Shown: positions 28,104 to 40,365 of the stretch, piece after piece
How positions within the stretch are numbered: the stretch's first letter is position 1
Layout of the letters: each line of letters opens with the position of its first letter
Assembly (NCBI GenBank): GCA_951406725.2
Contig: OX597815.1
Coordinates: forward strand, 18,848,001-18,912,000
Source of the DNA: Octopus vulgaris
Taxonomy: Eukaryota
Reading direction: 5' to 3'
DNA: 64,000 bases
Notes under the pieces: model-generated
Told to the model about the DNA's origin: nothing
The model's database searches: none
The model's input: only the letters and a program-made list of their open reading frames with translations
Program-made: the position numbers and the translations under genes

Positions 28104-29807
28104 ATATCAGACTGTATCTGCCATTAATCCAAACTAGATAATGATGTTCTGCATTCAATTTATTTCATTACATCCAGTCCACAGAACATGAAATATCATT
28201 ATATGATATTTTATGAAATTTTGGTATTTCGAGGTTTCCTAATGACATTACACAAAATATATTTACTGAGACGGTACTGGGATGTTGTAAAACACAAAAG
28301 TACAAATTTTATAACGGTCTTTTGCTTAAATTAGGTAGAAAGAAGCTAAGTGTATATATGCTGGAACCACCTAGATAGAGATTGTGTTATAAAATAAACT
28401 GCAGGCATATGCAGAGGAATAATTCCATTTGATCAAGTTTTATGGAAAATAGGTGGCAATTTACATCATCAAGCTTTGAGAAATGAATCAACTATGTGTG
28501 GGGATATAATTTACGTAATGATACGAAATATGTATCTATTCATCAATTAAATTAAGAGAAAAAAATCGGTATCGCTATAAGAATTGTGCATCAGTAGATA
28601 TACCTGTGAAATATGGTCATCGGTTCACCGAGCTATTTCTTTAACTCTGAGAACTAGTTATCAGTAAGCCTAACCTATAGAAAATAAATGTTAGTACATT
28701 TATCAGTGGGATATTTGTGTCAGTCCATTCAGTTGGGATACCAGTTCGTTTAGATATCGGTTACATATTGGGAAACCGCATTAGATTATTAGATCGTAGT
28801 AAATAGGTAATTAAATTAAAGGTAAATAACACTGTCCACCAATGTTATATACCATTGATCACGAAATGTCAAAATGTTTACTTTATACACTGCACCAGTT
28901 TGAGTGAGGTAAATAATGCCAACCTTTAGCGATTTTACTTCATACATAATGTAGTGCGATATTTGCTGTTCTCAGCATGAAAATATAATAGAAACGTACG
29001 ATATAGGTTACCCAGAACTTCTTTATATCTGCAACAGTATATCTTACACATACATATGACATCACATAATGACTTATCGATTTTAACGTCTTCAATCACA
29101 CACAGTTCATAGTATAAATACACATCAAAGTCTAAGTACACAGATTTCATTAGTCTTGCTCTTATAACTTCGAATCCATGCAGTTTTCTCGAATATATTT
29201 TCGATTTTTGAGGGGATAAAAATTATCGTTGTTGCATATACACGTCAAATTGACGGTATATGAAACTTGAATTTTGTGAGTGATAATTGAAACTTTCACA
29301 GGGCCGATGTAATCAACTATGTAGATATATTCACATAAATCACGTGTCTACAAAAGTAATATATTCAGATCTGAGACTTCATCGGTTAACTCTATTTTCT
29401 TTTCACGTCATTTATTTTCGTTTGATATTTAGTTTCTAAATGTATTTTCATTGGCTTTGGACTGAAAAATAAGGCAATTCCCATGACATTCTCCGGCTTC
29501 TTGAGACTGACGAAGTAGATTCAATTTATTTTGGTGATCACGACAGGAAATAAAAACACAAGTAGGAACGGAATTGAAGTAGATACAAGGACGACAGAGT
29601 GATGAGAGCATACGTCTGTGGGCGAGAGAATGGAGTGTTTTTGCGAGCAACTCCATCCCAGTTAGATGAGCGATATAGTTTACTATATTTGTTAGTGTAG
29701 AAGCTGTACTGTCCAATATGTAACAGCAGTATCTCATTTGGGCTTTTATTTGAGCCTTTTGGAATGTTCAGATGCTGAGAATTAAAATATTTTCTGCCAA
29801 AAAACTA

Positions 29808-29860
29808 TTCTTCAGGTCGGATGCTTTGATATGTAGCGGTTGTAGTATCCGCCTGAAGGA
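29808..29860. ncRNA. Candidate pre-miRNA-like hairpin
   Basis: TTCTTCAGG(T)CGGATGCT pairs with AGTATCCGCCTGAAGGA in non-repetitive context. No recognised miRNA family. Confidence 0.25.
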
Positions 29861-30642
29861 AACAAAATGACAGCCTTAATCGTATGTTGCCATTGTCTAA
29901 TTGATAATCGGTTAGAAGTTTGTTTGCTTAATCCGCTGTTCGAGAATACAATTTTGATATGAATCGTATGAGTGAATGTATTCGGGGTTCATGGTCTATA
30001 TGATTTAATCTCATAAAAGAGCGGTGAATTGCAAAAACATTGGTGTATCACTCAACAACATATTTTATTATTCCTGTCTAACGTCCTGAGGTCAAATAAT
30101 GTCACATACAACTATACCTTTCATTCATTAGGGGTTGATAAGAGAGAAAAGGTGCCGATCCCATTATGTCTAATATAATTTCAGGGATCGATAAATCAAG
30201 TTCCCATTAAGTATTAAGATGTATGTGATTGACGACTCTCTTTTTCCCGAAGTGTGGGCGATTCCCGGCTTAGAAATCATAATCTCTTTAAAAAAAAACA
30301 ACTTTATATTTCATCGTCCTAATTTTGATAAATTAAAAGCCAATTAATTACTGATGTCGATCTAATATATTTGTTTACCCTCAAACATTTGGTGTTGTGA
30401 CTAAATTAAAAATGGTATTTATTCTGAGATAGAATAAAAGACACCATTACAGAATTCAGGTCTCATGTTTTGTGCAGCCGATGTGATCGATAGTTTTGCC
30501 ATTTTCTAACCTGCTTGAAGGTAGAAATTTATATGGCAGTGAAATAAAAGTCAAAATCTTTGCATTAAAACCTGTAATCATAATCCCTTATATTATTCCA
30601 TGTTATATAAACTTAGATAAACTTAGATATGTTTAGATATTA

Positions 30643-30718
<76 letters not shown>

Positions 30719-31749
30719 TTAATATTATATTTAATATTATATTATATTTTACTATAAAATTGGATTCAATCCTAAATCTGATTTTTCCCTGTAAATTTGG
30801 ATTTATTCCCTAATATTTATTATTATATATATATATATATCAGAAAGGTTTTTTGTAATTCCAGTTATAAAATATACGATGTCAAATCTAATATCGTAAC
30901 TAATGTTATAGCACTTTCAACAATATACTTTCATTACTTTCAGATATGATTTTTCTCTCGCAGGTTATCTATATTTTACAAACATTATTCATTGAGGTTT
31001 TTAGAATTTACTCACAAATCTGTTGCTTTGATGCATCATAGTCATCCATATTCTAGACAATTATGTTCCATTATGTTATTTTTCTTGTTCGTTTTCTCCT
31101 TAGTTTCCATGTGCTGCTCTTATTAGCTTTCATTATTCATGCTGCCCTATCTTGTATAAGAGAAAGTCATGAAGCAATTAATTTCAATTTATCATCGGAT
31201 ATGATTTCATATTCAATTTATCTTTAGATATGATTTACCTATTACTTCCAAAACAAAGTCGAACGGAAAGGCTGCAAAGTTTTACGAGGAAAGTGAACTA
31301 GATTAAAATTACATATATGAATGTAACAATTTCAATATGGAAAATATAATGCCAACGCGTTTATTTCAAAACGCAATTTGAACACCAATTCTAAAGAGTA
31401 TACTTACGGAAACATCAAGACAAAGCCAGGTGTAATAGTTGTATTTCCTTGATTAGAATCATTAGTTCACGGAGAAAAATTATTCTTTGATTAAAGCTTC
31501 ACAAAGTTATGAGTTCTTTATTAGAGGTGAATCTAGTACGAGGATAAAATCTTAGTGAAACGAGGTGTTTTCATTATCTGGAAAGTAATTAACTAGCTTT
31601 GTATTATTCTTTGATCGTGGAGTTAGTTTATTTAACTTGTGTTCTTCTGTGATTAAGAGGTTGTGTGACGATAAATAGAGAAATGTTACCAATGTAATGC
31701 AGAATCACATGTCAAATATCTTTACCAAATTTTGACGATGAGTACTACG

Positions 31750-32150
31750 GTGGATTTTTATCAACTTTTCTTATAAGATCGAGCACACAGTAATGTGAAT
31801 CATTTCTGTGTGGATTTCAACAAGAAAGAATATTAACAAGGGCGCCAACTCTTACATATACATAAAAACAAAGTTAATGCATAGTAAACATAAATGCAGA
31901 GGAACGAAAGGAGAAGAGGTATGAAAAGCTAATCGAAGAATGCAGAGAACAGGGATGGAATGTCGAATATTATCTGCTGGCAGTGGGGGCTAGAGGCTTC
32001 GTTGAAAAGAAAATGACAACGCTTTTCAAAAGAAGATTTGTTTTTTCTAGCCCCGAGCTGCGTAAACTAATAAGGAAAGTACAAGAGGCGGTCGAAAAAG
32101 CCAGCTTCAATATATATGGCTGGAGCGGGAAGACCGAAAATGGCTTGAAA
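31750..32150 (+). mobile_element. HERO/NeSL-like RLE LINE 3' fragment
   Basis: YEKLIEECREQGWNVEYYLLAVGARGFV..VQEAVEKASF matches the HERO-type pattern EVGCRGF...AEKAS.W. Confidence 0.7.
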
Positions 32151-32169
32151 GTCATAAACACGCCGACGG

Positions 32170-32690
32170 GAAATAACATCATTAGGTGAGACAAGCTGAC
32201 TGACAGGTGACGGTCTAACACTACGCGCCTTCACTAGTCAGTTAAGGTGAGACAGTGTCACGTGACAACTTGGTGGAGTTGCCTGCTGGAGCCTAGCAGC
32301 AGGTATTTAAAGGGAAAAATTTGACAAGACAGTCAGTCACCGGCTGACACTCGCTGACGATACATCGAAGAGGCCAGGGAACAGAAGAAAGAAGAAGACA
32401 GAAGACATGCAGAAGAAAGAAGAAATTATATTAGACATAATGGAATCGGCACTTTTTCTCTCTTATCAACCCCTTATGAATGAAAGGTATAGTTGTATGT
32501 GACATCATGAACCAGAGCTGAAGACACCTCCGAAAGGCGGGGCCCCACACGTCAAAACGGTAGAGGAGTAGGGGCCGAAACCGGACGTGGTTCCTCCTGA
32601 TGATGTCATGAGCTAACTGGATCCTATAAAGGAGCTGTTGTGGTAGCAGACCACGAAACACGGTTGTAATTCCTCCAAACAACATAATTA
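32170..32690 (+). mobile_element. Penelope-type terminal-repeat-like segment with decayed hammerhead-like motifs
   Basis: TATTTAAA box (~32303), CTGAAGA (32518)..GGCCCC/GGGGCC GAAAC (32577), and GTGGTAGCAGACCAC GAAACACGGTTGTA (32640-32668). Confidence 0.4.
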
Positions 32691-32942
32691 TATATGAGTG
32701 TGTGTGTATGAGTGTGTGCAAAGAGTGTTTAAATTAGTATTTATGGGCATTAAGTATGGGTAACGTGTTCAAGTGTATATATATACATTATTTACATTTG
32801 ACGGATATTTGTCCTCATCTAATTTGATGTTAACACAATGTTCTGGCTGTTTGTTGGGTTCTCATTCCTAAGGTATTTTTCGATGATGTTGTTGTTGTTA
32901 TTATTATTATTATTGTTATTATTATTATTATTATTATTATAC

Positions 32943-33016
32943 AGGTCACTGCTTAGAATTGAACTCGGAATCATGGGGTTAGTAGCCCACGCTCTTAACC
33001 CCTACTCCATATGCCC
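32943..33016 (-). promoter_or_regulatory. tRNA-like Pol III A/B-box cassette (inverted copy)
   Basis: Minus strand reads GGGCATATGGAGTAGGGGTTAAGAGCGTGGGCTACTAACCCC..GAGTTCAATTC. Confidence 0.65.
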
Positions 33017-33139
33017 GTTATGGAATGAATTTTAGGGCGTATAAATCTAATATTTTTATATCCTTCCTTAATACCACTTCCCATATGCTGCTTTATGGGT
33101 GGTAGAAATTGAAGTTGAGTGTAAAGTGAGGTATTGCAC

Positions 33140-33780
33140 AGTGCCTAAAACATCGTACAAAGAATATAAGTAGCGATCGTGATACACACCAAGAAGAAAT
33201 GATCAAGCTCAATAACAATCTGCTAAGCAACAACTACCCCAAAAGTATACTATTTCACTACAATTATGAAGAAGAGAGAGGATGAAACAGATAAACTGTC
33301 GACAGTCTGTCTACCCTATGCGAAAGGCCTCTCCAAAAAGATACAAAAGATAAGCGGCCCATATGACATCAGGATAGTATTCAAGAGTAATACAACACTT
33401 CGCAAATATCTCCTTCAAGTAAAACCACCAATAGAAGAGAATATGACCAAAGACTGCGTGTACACCATTCCATGCAACTGTGGTATGTTATACAAAGGTG
33501 AAACATGCCGCCCTCTCAAAATAAGGGTAGACGAACATCACAAAGCTCTAACACGAGGCGGTGTTGATAAATCTGGTATGGAAAGATGGAGACCAACCGC
33601 CCCTGTGGAATAAAGTCGAAATATTAAGCGGAGAACACAACTGGAAAATACGAAAACTAGAAGAAGCAGCATATGTGCTAGGACATTACAACCTCCTAAG
33701 CAGACCGTGTGCAGATATGAGCAGCATATGGGAACCGGTATTACGGAGAGGAAAGAAAAATATTAAATTTATAAGTCCTA
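33140..33780 (+). pseudogene. Penelope-like RT C-terminus/linker and GIY-YIG endonuclease remnant (frameshifted)
   Basis: LLSNNYP, LPYAKGLS..I..I..PYDIRIVFK, CVYTIPCNCGMLYKGETCRPLKIRVDEH, then W.KVEIL..EHNWKIRKLEEA. Confidence 0.9.
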
Positions 33781-33797
33781 AAATTCACTCCATAATT

Positions 33798-33868
33798 GCC
33801 CATATGGCGTAGTGGTTAAGAGTGCGGGCTACTAACCCCAAGATTCTGGATTCAATTCCAAGCCGTGA

Positions 33869-33872
<4 letters not shown>
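33798..33872 (+). promoter_or_regulatory. tRNA-like Pol III A/B-box cassette within the Penelope terminal repeat
   Basis: Box A TGGCGTAGTGG (33805-33815), anticodon-like arm GGG-CTACTAA-CCC, box-B-like GATTCAATTCC (33849-33859). The acceptor stem is imperfect, so it is not called a functional tRNA. Confidence 0.7.
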
Positions 33873-33945
<73 letters not shown>

Positions 33946-33947
<2 letters not shown>

Positions 33948-34944
33948 GAAGGTGAAAATGATGGCAATGAAAAAAGCGCACGAGCAATTGGCTGATAGGT
34001 GGGAGGAGAAACCTCTGCACGGCAAATATGTGACCCGCAGCAAACAAGCTGATGTTGACCAGAAGCAAACCCATCAGTGGCTGCGGAGCTCAGGGCTAAA
34101 AGCAGAGAGCGAAGGTTTCATCCTGGCTGCTCAAGACCAAAGCCTATCAACCCGGAACTACCAGGCCAATGTGATGAAAAATGGAGCAGACCCAAAATGC
34201 CGATTCTGCAACGACATGATTGAAACAGTGGACCACCTAATCTCTGGATGTAAAGTCTTAGCACCAGTGGAGTATAAATTAAGACATGACAGAGTTGGCC
34301 AATATCTCCACTGGCTAATAAGTCGGCATTACAATTTCAAAACTGCCGACAAGTGGTATAATCACCACCCTGAGGCTGTAACTGAAGGAGAAAATGTAAC
34401 GATTCTGTGGGACTTTCCAGTACATACAGACCGAACCATCAAGGCCAATAAACCAGATATTGTTGTGAAAGACCAAAACAATAAAGTTTGCTTATTGATC
34501 GACATGAGCATCCCCTGTGATCATAATATCTCAGCGAAAGAGTTTGACAAGCTCAGAAAATATAAAGACCTACTCATTGAAATTGAGAAAATGTGGCATC
34601 TCAAGGCGGTTACAATACCAGTGATCGTAGGAGCACTAGGAATGATCAAGAAGGGAACCGAAAATTATATGAGAATGATCCCTGGCTTACTATCCCTGCA
34701 AGAAGTGCAAAAGATTGTCTTAACTGGTACATCACACGTATTGAGAAGAGCATTGTCGATGTGAGAACTGTTGCTGCTCATGCATTTTAATTTAACTTTA
34801 AAAAAAAAAAAAAAAAAAAAAAATGAACGAACTACTGAGTTTGGTTTAATGGCCTACCGATATACACTATGAGTTACTTTGCCCTAGGAGTCGGGAAGAC
34901 ACTCGGCAAGAAATGGAAGAAAATTTGAAAGAAGAAAAAAAAAG
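33946..34944 (+). mobile_element. 5'-truncated R4/Dong non-LTR retrotransposon inserted in (TAA)n
   Basis: Flanked by (TAA)n on both sides; carries the ORF below and a 3' UTR of about 180 bp. Confidence 0.9.
33952..34764 (+). CDS. R4/Dong ORF C-terminal part: CCHC zinc knuckle and restriction-like endonuclease (open, but no RT domain)
   Basis: WEEKPLHGKY, EGFILAAQDQ, CRFC..ETVDHLISGC, RHDRV, ILWDF, KPDIVV..LIDMSIP..KLRKY, PVIVGALG. Confidence 0.88.
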   Translation: MKMMAMKKAHEQLADRWEEKPLHGKYVTRSKQADVDQKQTHQWLRSSGLKAESEGFILAAQDQSLSTRNYQANVMKNGADPKCRFCNDMIETVDHLISGCKVLAPVEYKLRHDRVGQYLHWLISRHYNFKTADKWYNHHPEAVTEGENVTILWDFPVHTDRTIKANKPDIVVKDQNNKVCLLIDMSIPCDHNISAKEFDKLRKYKDLLIEIEKMWHLKAVTIPVIVGALGMIKKGTENYMRMIPGLLSLQEVQKIVLTGTSHVLRRALSM

Positions 34945-35074
34945 TAATAATAATAATAATAGCAACAACAATAATAACAATAATAATAATAATAATAATA
35001 ACAATAATAATAGTAATAATAATAATAATAATAACAATAATAATAATAATAACAACATTAGGAAATTTCCCCAA

Positions 35075-35120
35075 GACACCTGATGAAGGCTAAAGGGTAT
35101 ATCAGCCGAAACATTGTGTT
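35075..35120 (+). ncRNA. Minimal type I hammerhead ribozyme motif (Penelope type, one core-proximal substitution)
   Basis: Stem I GACAC/GTGTT, CTGATGA at 35080-35086, stem II GGCT/AGCC, then GAAACATT where the usual form has palindromic GAAACGTT. Confidence 0.7.
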
Positions 35121-35194
35121 AACAAATATGATGAGGACAAGTACCCGTCAAATGTAAATAATGTACATAATTCTTCATCTCTTAAATATAGAGC

Positions 35195-35225
<31 letters not shown>

Positions 35226-37269
35226 GCCTGCGCTTTTGTGTGGTTACGAATGTGTAAACGAACGTATTTCTAAGCTATAAAAATACGTTCATATTACTCT
35301 TACTTTTCATGAACTGTTACCACTGGGACTCTGCAATGCAAATCAAAATTCTCTTTCATTTTCTAGTTATTGACATGTCAACGTGCTCATAACTTTATGC
35401 TTTTGCAGCGTTATCAAATTCCCCTATGTTATGGAAAGTTCTAGTATGTCAGTTAAAATAATTTCAGATTTTGTTTTGTCAATCGATTAGTGTGCTTTGA
35501 ACTATAAATCACTGTATACTTTAATATTGTTGTACCAAATGTTTACTTAAATCATATCGAATGTGTTCTCGATGTAATACACTTTAAAAGCGATACTGTT
35601 TAAAGTTCTGTGAAGACCATGAAGACTACATGAAAGTACTTTTCAAACTTCACCAATCTTTAAACATATGCATATTAATTTTAGAAAGCAGTAATATATT
35701 GTCATCATCTGTTTTATCTCTGGTTTAATATCATACAAAACAAAACTATGCTTCCAATATTATTTATCATGAAATAATACAGAACGTAGAGTAAAAATCC
35801 TTGATGTTCTTGATATGCTTCTATGAATTACATTAAATAAATATCTAAATACTTTGTCATTTGTGTTGCCCTTTAAATTTTGGACATCGATCTAGGTACC
35901 TTAATATTATCTTGGAAATATTTCAGTTCGTCCACATTGTTACAATATCCATACAATTCTGTGAAGGTTGTTCACTGGTACAATTTCTATTTGCTAATAT
36001 TCTCGCCATGAATCATATCATTAAATGGAGCCTAGGCGCGGCCATTGTGCCGACTAGAAACTGCTGTCAAATATTCATCAGGTCCCATCTTACCATCTTA
36101 AAATAATGAAAGAACGCATTTCCTCATGTACTCCGAGAAACATTATATCTAAATATAAATGACAGTGGTTGTCTTGGATGAAATGCCTTCGATCCCAAAT
36201 TTACCAGAATAAGTCCTGCCGAAGGCTAAAAAATAATCTAATCTCTAAACTAGTAAAAGTTCATGATTAAGTGTTGTTTTTTCAGACACCACATGCACGG
36301 AGAATAATGTAGCAACATATTTCAATGCTATTTGCAAGGTTAATTCTATATGCCAGTGTATAATTAGTCTTGCTCTACAGAAACGATCATGTTTATTTAA
36401 TGAAGGGGCAAAGTCCATGTGGGCATAAAATTGTATCTTTCCTTTCAGATCAATTGTTCACTGAAAATTTAAAAACACAACTTTCTTTAATTATCTTATT
36501 CACAGTGGATATCCTTGTATTTTTTAAATTTATATTCCTATTTCTCTTGTAAAAACATATTTACTCTAATGGTGTAACAGAAGCATATTAAATAATTTAA
36601 TATCATATATTGTAATTGTTTTCTTTACCGTTAAATAAGGTGTTTACCCGAGTAAACAAATATTGAGTAATTGAGCAATCTCTATGATAAAACTGAAAAA
36701 ACAAAGTCGAGGAAATATTCATACTACATAAGTGGAAAAATATAACTAACAATTACAAAAACTCGAATTAACTGTAACTGGCCATGATCCTTGGAGGTAG
36801 CTATTTACGAGTTCGCCCGACAGCCAATTTTCCCTCAAATTACAGCCTACTGTCTTAAATAATAGATTCAGTGGAGCTCTGAAGTGGGATCCCTTTCAGT
36901 ATATATTTACATAATTTCAATTTCTCAGTTTCAATCCTTTTAAAGATAATTTGCTTTTTATCCCACCACAGATAATCTCACTTATATATAGTGTGCACAT
37001 CATATAATATACACCTATATATACACAAAAAGACGGAAGGGTCGCTGATGAAATGTATTTGATCATTTGGTGATCTGAGACAAAATAACCACAGAAAGAT
37101 TAGCCTCCGACTGCTTCTGCGCAGGGAAAGGAGTTTAAATACATGAAACGGCTGATGAAATTTCTAAACAATTTTGAACGATTTTTGACATCTGCCACTG
37201 TGTAATTTCCTTCTTTTAATCTTTCTAATCAAACAATTCTAAGACATCGTATGCTGGTTGTTATTGCTG

Positions 37270-37480
37270 ATGTTGTTGCTAGTGTTGTTAAACATCTGAT
37301 CAAAACTCAATGAATAGACTTTCACAGAGGCCACCCTTATTTCTTGAGGGTGTCGAGAAGTACATTATCCAATGTGTTATTTCTTTCTTTAAGACAGTAG
37401 GAAGATTTGGTTGTCAATAGTAGGAAGATTTGGTTGTCAATAGTAGCAGGCCATGCCGCAAAGGAGAAACCTCTCCTACT
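37270..37480 (+). repeat. Old dispersed repeat; related copies at ~48740-48960 (+) and ~36070-36210, 36790-36870, 43980-44045 (-)
   Basis: Shared ACA(T/C)TATCCA(A/T)TGTGTT..TTAAGACA..AG..GATTT block; divergent, aligned by eye. Confidence 0.5.
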
Positions 37481-37902
37481 GTTAGCTATCAATGTTATAC
37501 TTCAGTATTACATTGTAGTATCATATGGTAGTGTTGTATGTCAGTGTTATACGTCTATGTGTCAATGCTATATACATGCGTTATACGTTAGTGTTATATG
37601 GCAATGTTACATGTCAGTGTAATACATCAACATACCTGTATAAATACAATATAGCTGATTGGTTAAGAAAATTATTTTGCAATCACGTTGTTGAAGGTTT
37701 GGTCTTGATATATGGCGTCTTGGGGAAATTTCATTTACTGTAGCTTCAGGTTAATCTATTCCTTGTAAGTGAAACTGAGCAAGTGGAAACTGTATAGAAG
37801 GTGGATTGTTACTACAGTTCAAAAGGTGCTGCAATATTATGCACTGTGTCAGAGAAATTCTGTCATCATTTAATTGTGTGTTTGTTGAATGCTCAGCATT
37901 AT

Positions 37903-38316
37903 TTCTTTACTGCCCACAAGGGGTTACACACAAAGGGGACAAAAAACGATAGACAACCGGATTAAGTCGATTACATCGACCCCAGTGCGTAACTGGTCCT
38001 TATTTAATCGACCCCGAAAGGATGAAAGGCAAAGTCGACCTCGGCGGAATTTGAACTCAGAACGTAGCGGCAGAAGAAATACCTATTTCTTTACTACCCA
38101 CAAGGGGCTAAACACAGAGGGAACAAACAAGGACAGACAAACGGATTAAGTCGATTGTATCGACCCCAGTGCGTAACTGGTACTTAATTTATCGACCCCG
38201 AAAAGATGAAAGGCAAAGTCGACCTCGGCGTAATTTGAACTCAGAACGTAGTGGCAGACGAAATACCGCTAAGCATTTCGCCCGGCGTGCTAACGTTTCT
38301 GCCAGCTCGCCGCCTT
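37903..38316 (-). mobile_element. SINE family B dimer
   Basis: Two units and one head; 15-bp TSD AATG(C/T)TCAG(C/T)ATTAT at 37888-37902 and 38317-38331. Confidence 0.93.
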
Positions 38317-40002
38317 AATGTTCAGTATTATATCAGGAGTAGAACACTTGAGTGACATAAAAAAAAAGTATCAACCTCAACGAACGACGGATATCCACCC
38401 ACACGTATATGAGTGTTATATATCAGAGTTTATGTCAGTGTCTAAGTCAAAGTTATATTAGTGTTATATGACTGTGTTATATGACTATCATATATGCCAA
38501 GTGTTATATGCTAATGTTACATATTGCTGTTGTATATTAGTGTTATATATCAATGTAGTATACCAGAGTTATATATCAGTATTTTATTGCATTGTATATC
38601 TGTTATATCGTAGTGGAATACGTCACTGTTATATATCAGCGTTTTATGATAGTGTTATAAAGTCGGTGTTATATGTCGGCGTTTATATGCCTGTATTACC
38701 ATTACAAATAAGTTTGAATGGTGTCTCACACATGTATTATCCAGTTGAAATACCCAAGAACTATAGTTATGTTTTGATAATATTGGCTTTCCTGTAATAC
38801 AAAACTAGAAATGTGATAGAGATGCTTTGAAATGTCTACATGTGTGTCAATAGTTCACTTTACCACATATTTGGTTCAACCTCAACAGCAACCATTCTGC
38901 CATGCGATTACATTCAGCTACCAATAATATGTGGAAATCAAGTCAATCGACTATATCTTTCTAAAGGCGTTTCAGAGAAATTAATAACATTGATATTTTA
39001 TTGATTTCTATCATCTCTTGTTTTGATGAAGATATTGGTTTTCAAATCTGAATAACCTACAAAATGTTTGCCAAAAGACTTTTATGTATCACTGCATAAT
39101 TATTATCACATGTCATGTGAGTACCACGGCAATTTCGTAAACAAGTCCCACTTTAAATTTCATGGCGGACGCCTAAAATTTACTCGTAGAAGATGCTGCG
39201 AATATTTGAGTGATCTAAATGATGGTTCTTGAAAGGATACTTTTACAGATTTTCATCAAATTTGATTATTGATTTAACTGTGAATATATCAATCCAGGCA
39301 CAAGTGCAACATTGTGCACTTCTGATTAGCAGCAATATCGATATATCTTGATATTTATCCCCATCAAATAAGATTAAGCAGATAATCAATGGAAGAACTA
39401 ATCATTTGATTTTCCAGTGGAAATCATTTACAGAAAGTTAAAACTATACATCAATATTCCAAGTAGTCGGTTCTTATTTTGAAAGGCTGTTACGGATTAC
39501 ATACATTTTATTAATATTTTCCATAGGCATCCATAACGTGTTATATGTATTCATACATTGTAGAAGCTTTATATTTTTATCCAGAATACTAATATTTCGC
39601 ATTCATATCGAAGGATTTTTTCATTATGTAGAAACATTTCCATAATATTCTTTTATGAAACTGTTTGAAAAATAAGCGTAGATTTAGAAAATATTACTGT
39701 TGCTGTTGTCTGCAATACTTTGCTTGCCAATTCTGCATCCCGTGAAATATTAATAAGTGGGACATTGATATAATATATCTCGTGTTCAAGTAATGTGCGT
39801 TCAGCTTTTAATCTTATTGAAGTCGATGGAAGTAAGTTGAACCGGTATGATTTGTTATTTGGTCAAAATTAGGAAAAGAGCACAAAACAGCTGAAATACA
39901 TGGCAAACACCATATAGACGTTTGTAATATTTGTAACATTGTATGACTGCTTTCATTTCCGATGTAATATATATACATTTATATACATACATACACACAC
40001 AT

Positions 40003-40052
<50 letters not shown>

Positions 40053-40056
<4 letters not shown>

Positions 40057-40180
40057 CTTTATCGCCCACAAGGGGCTAAACATAGAGGGGACAAACAAAG
40101 GGATTAAGTCGTTTACATCGGCCCCAGTGCGAACTGGTACTTTATTTATCAACCCCGAAAGGATGAAAGGTAAAGTCCAC
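40053..40180 (-). mobile_element. 5'-truncated SINE family B in (TA)n
   Basis: Tail and core only. Confidence 0.85.
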
Positions 40181-40199
40181 CATATATATATACGACCAT

Positions 40200-40272
<73 letters not shown>

Positions 40273-40333
40273 CGTATGTATGTACATATACATATAAGTG
40301 CATGTGTGTGAGTGTGTGAGTGCGCGCGTGTGG

Positions 40334-40365
<32 letters not shown>

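Larger units (their letters stand above)
32784..35195 (+). mobile_element. 5'-truncated Penelope-like element with an inverted terminal repeat copy
   Basis: GIY-YIG remnant. 32784-33092 is the reverse complement of 33720-33945 plus ~35050-35166. Hammerhead motif in the right repeat. Confidence 0.85.

Noticed and set aside
31143-31165. TGCCCTATC, resembling the start of a molluscan miRNA as I recall it
   Set aside because: The match stops after 9 nt and no hairpin is evident.
33798-33872. Functional tRNA gene (anticodon ACT)
   Set aside because: Acceptor and T stems are imperfect, there is no oligo-T terminator, and it lies inside a mobile repeat. The TACTAAC match to the branch-point consensus is probably coincidental.
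33952-34764. Domesticated stand-alone nuclease gene
   Set aside because: It begins abruptly at (TAA)n and keeps its 3' UTR and tail; a recent 5'-truncated insertion explains it.
38400-38700. ORF 38468-38797 and the similar region at 37480-37630
   Set aside because: Degenerate AGTGTTATAT minisatellite, not coding.
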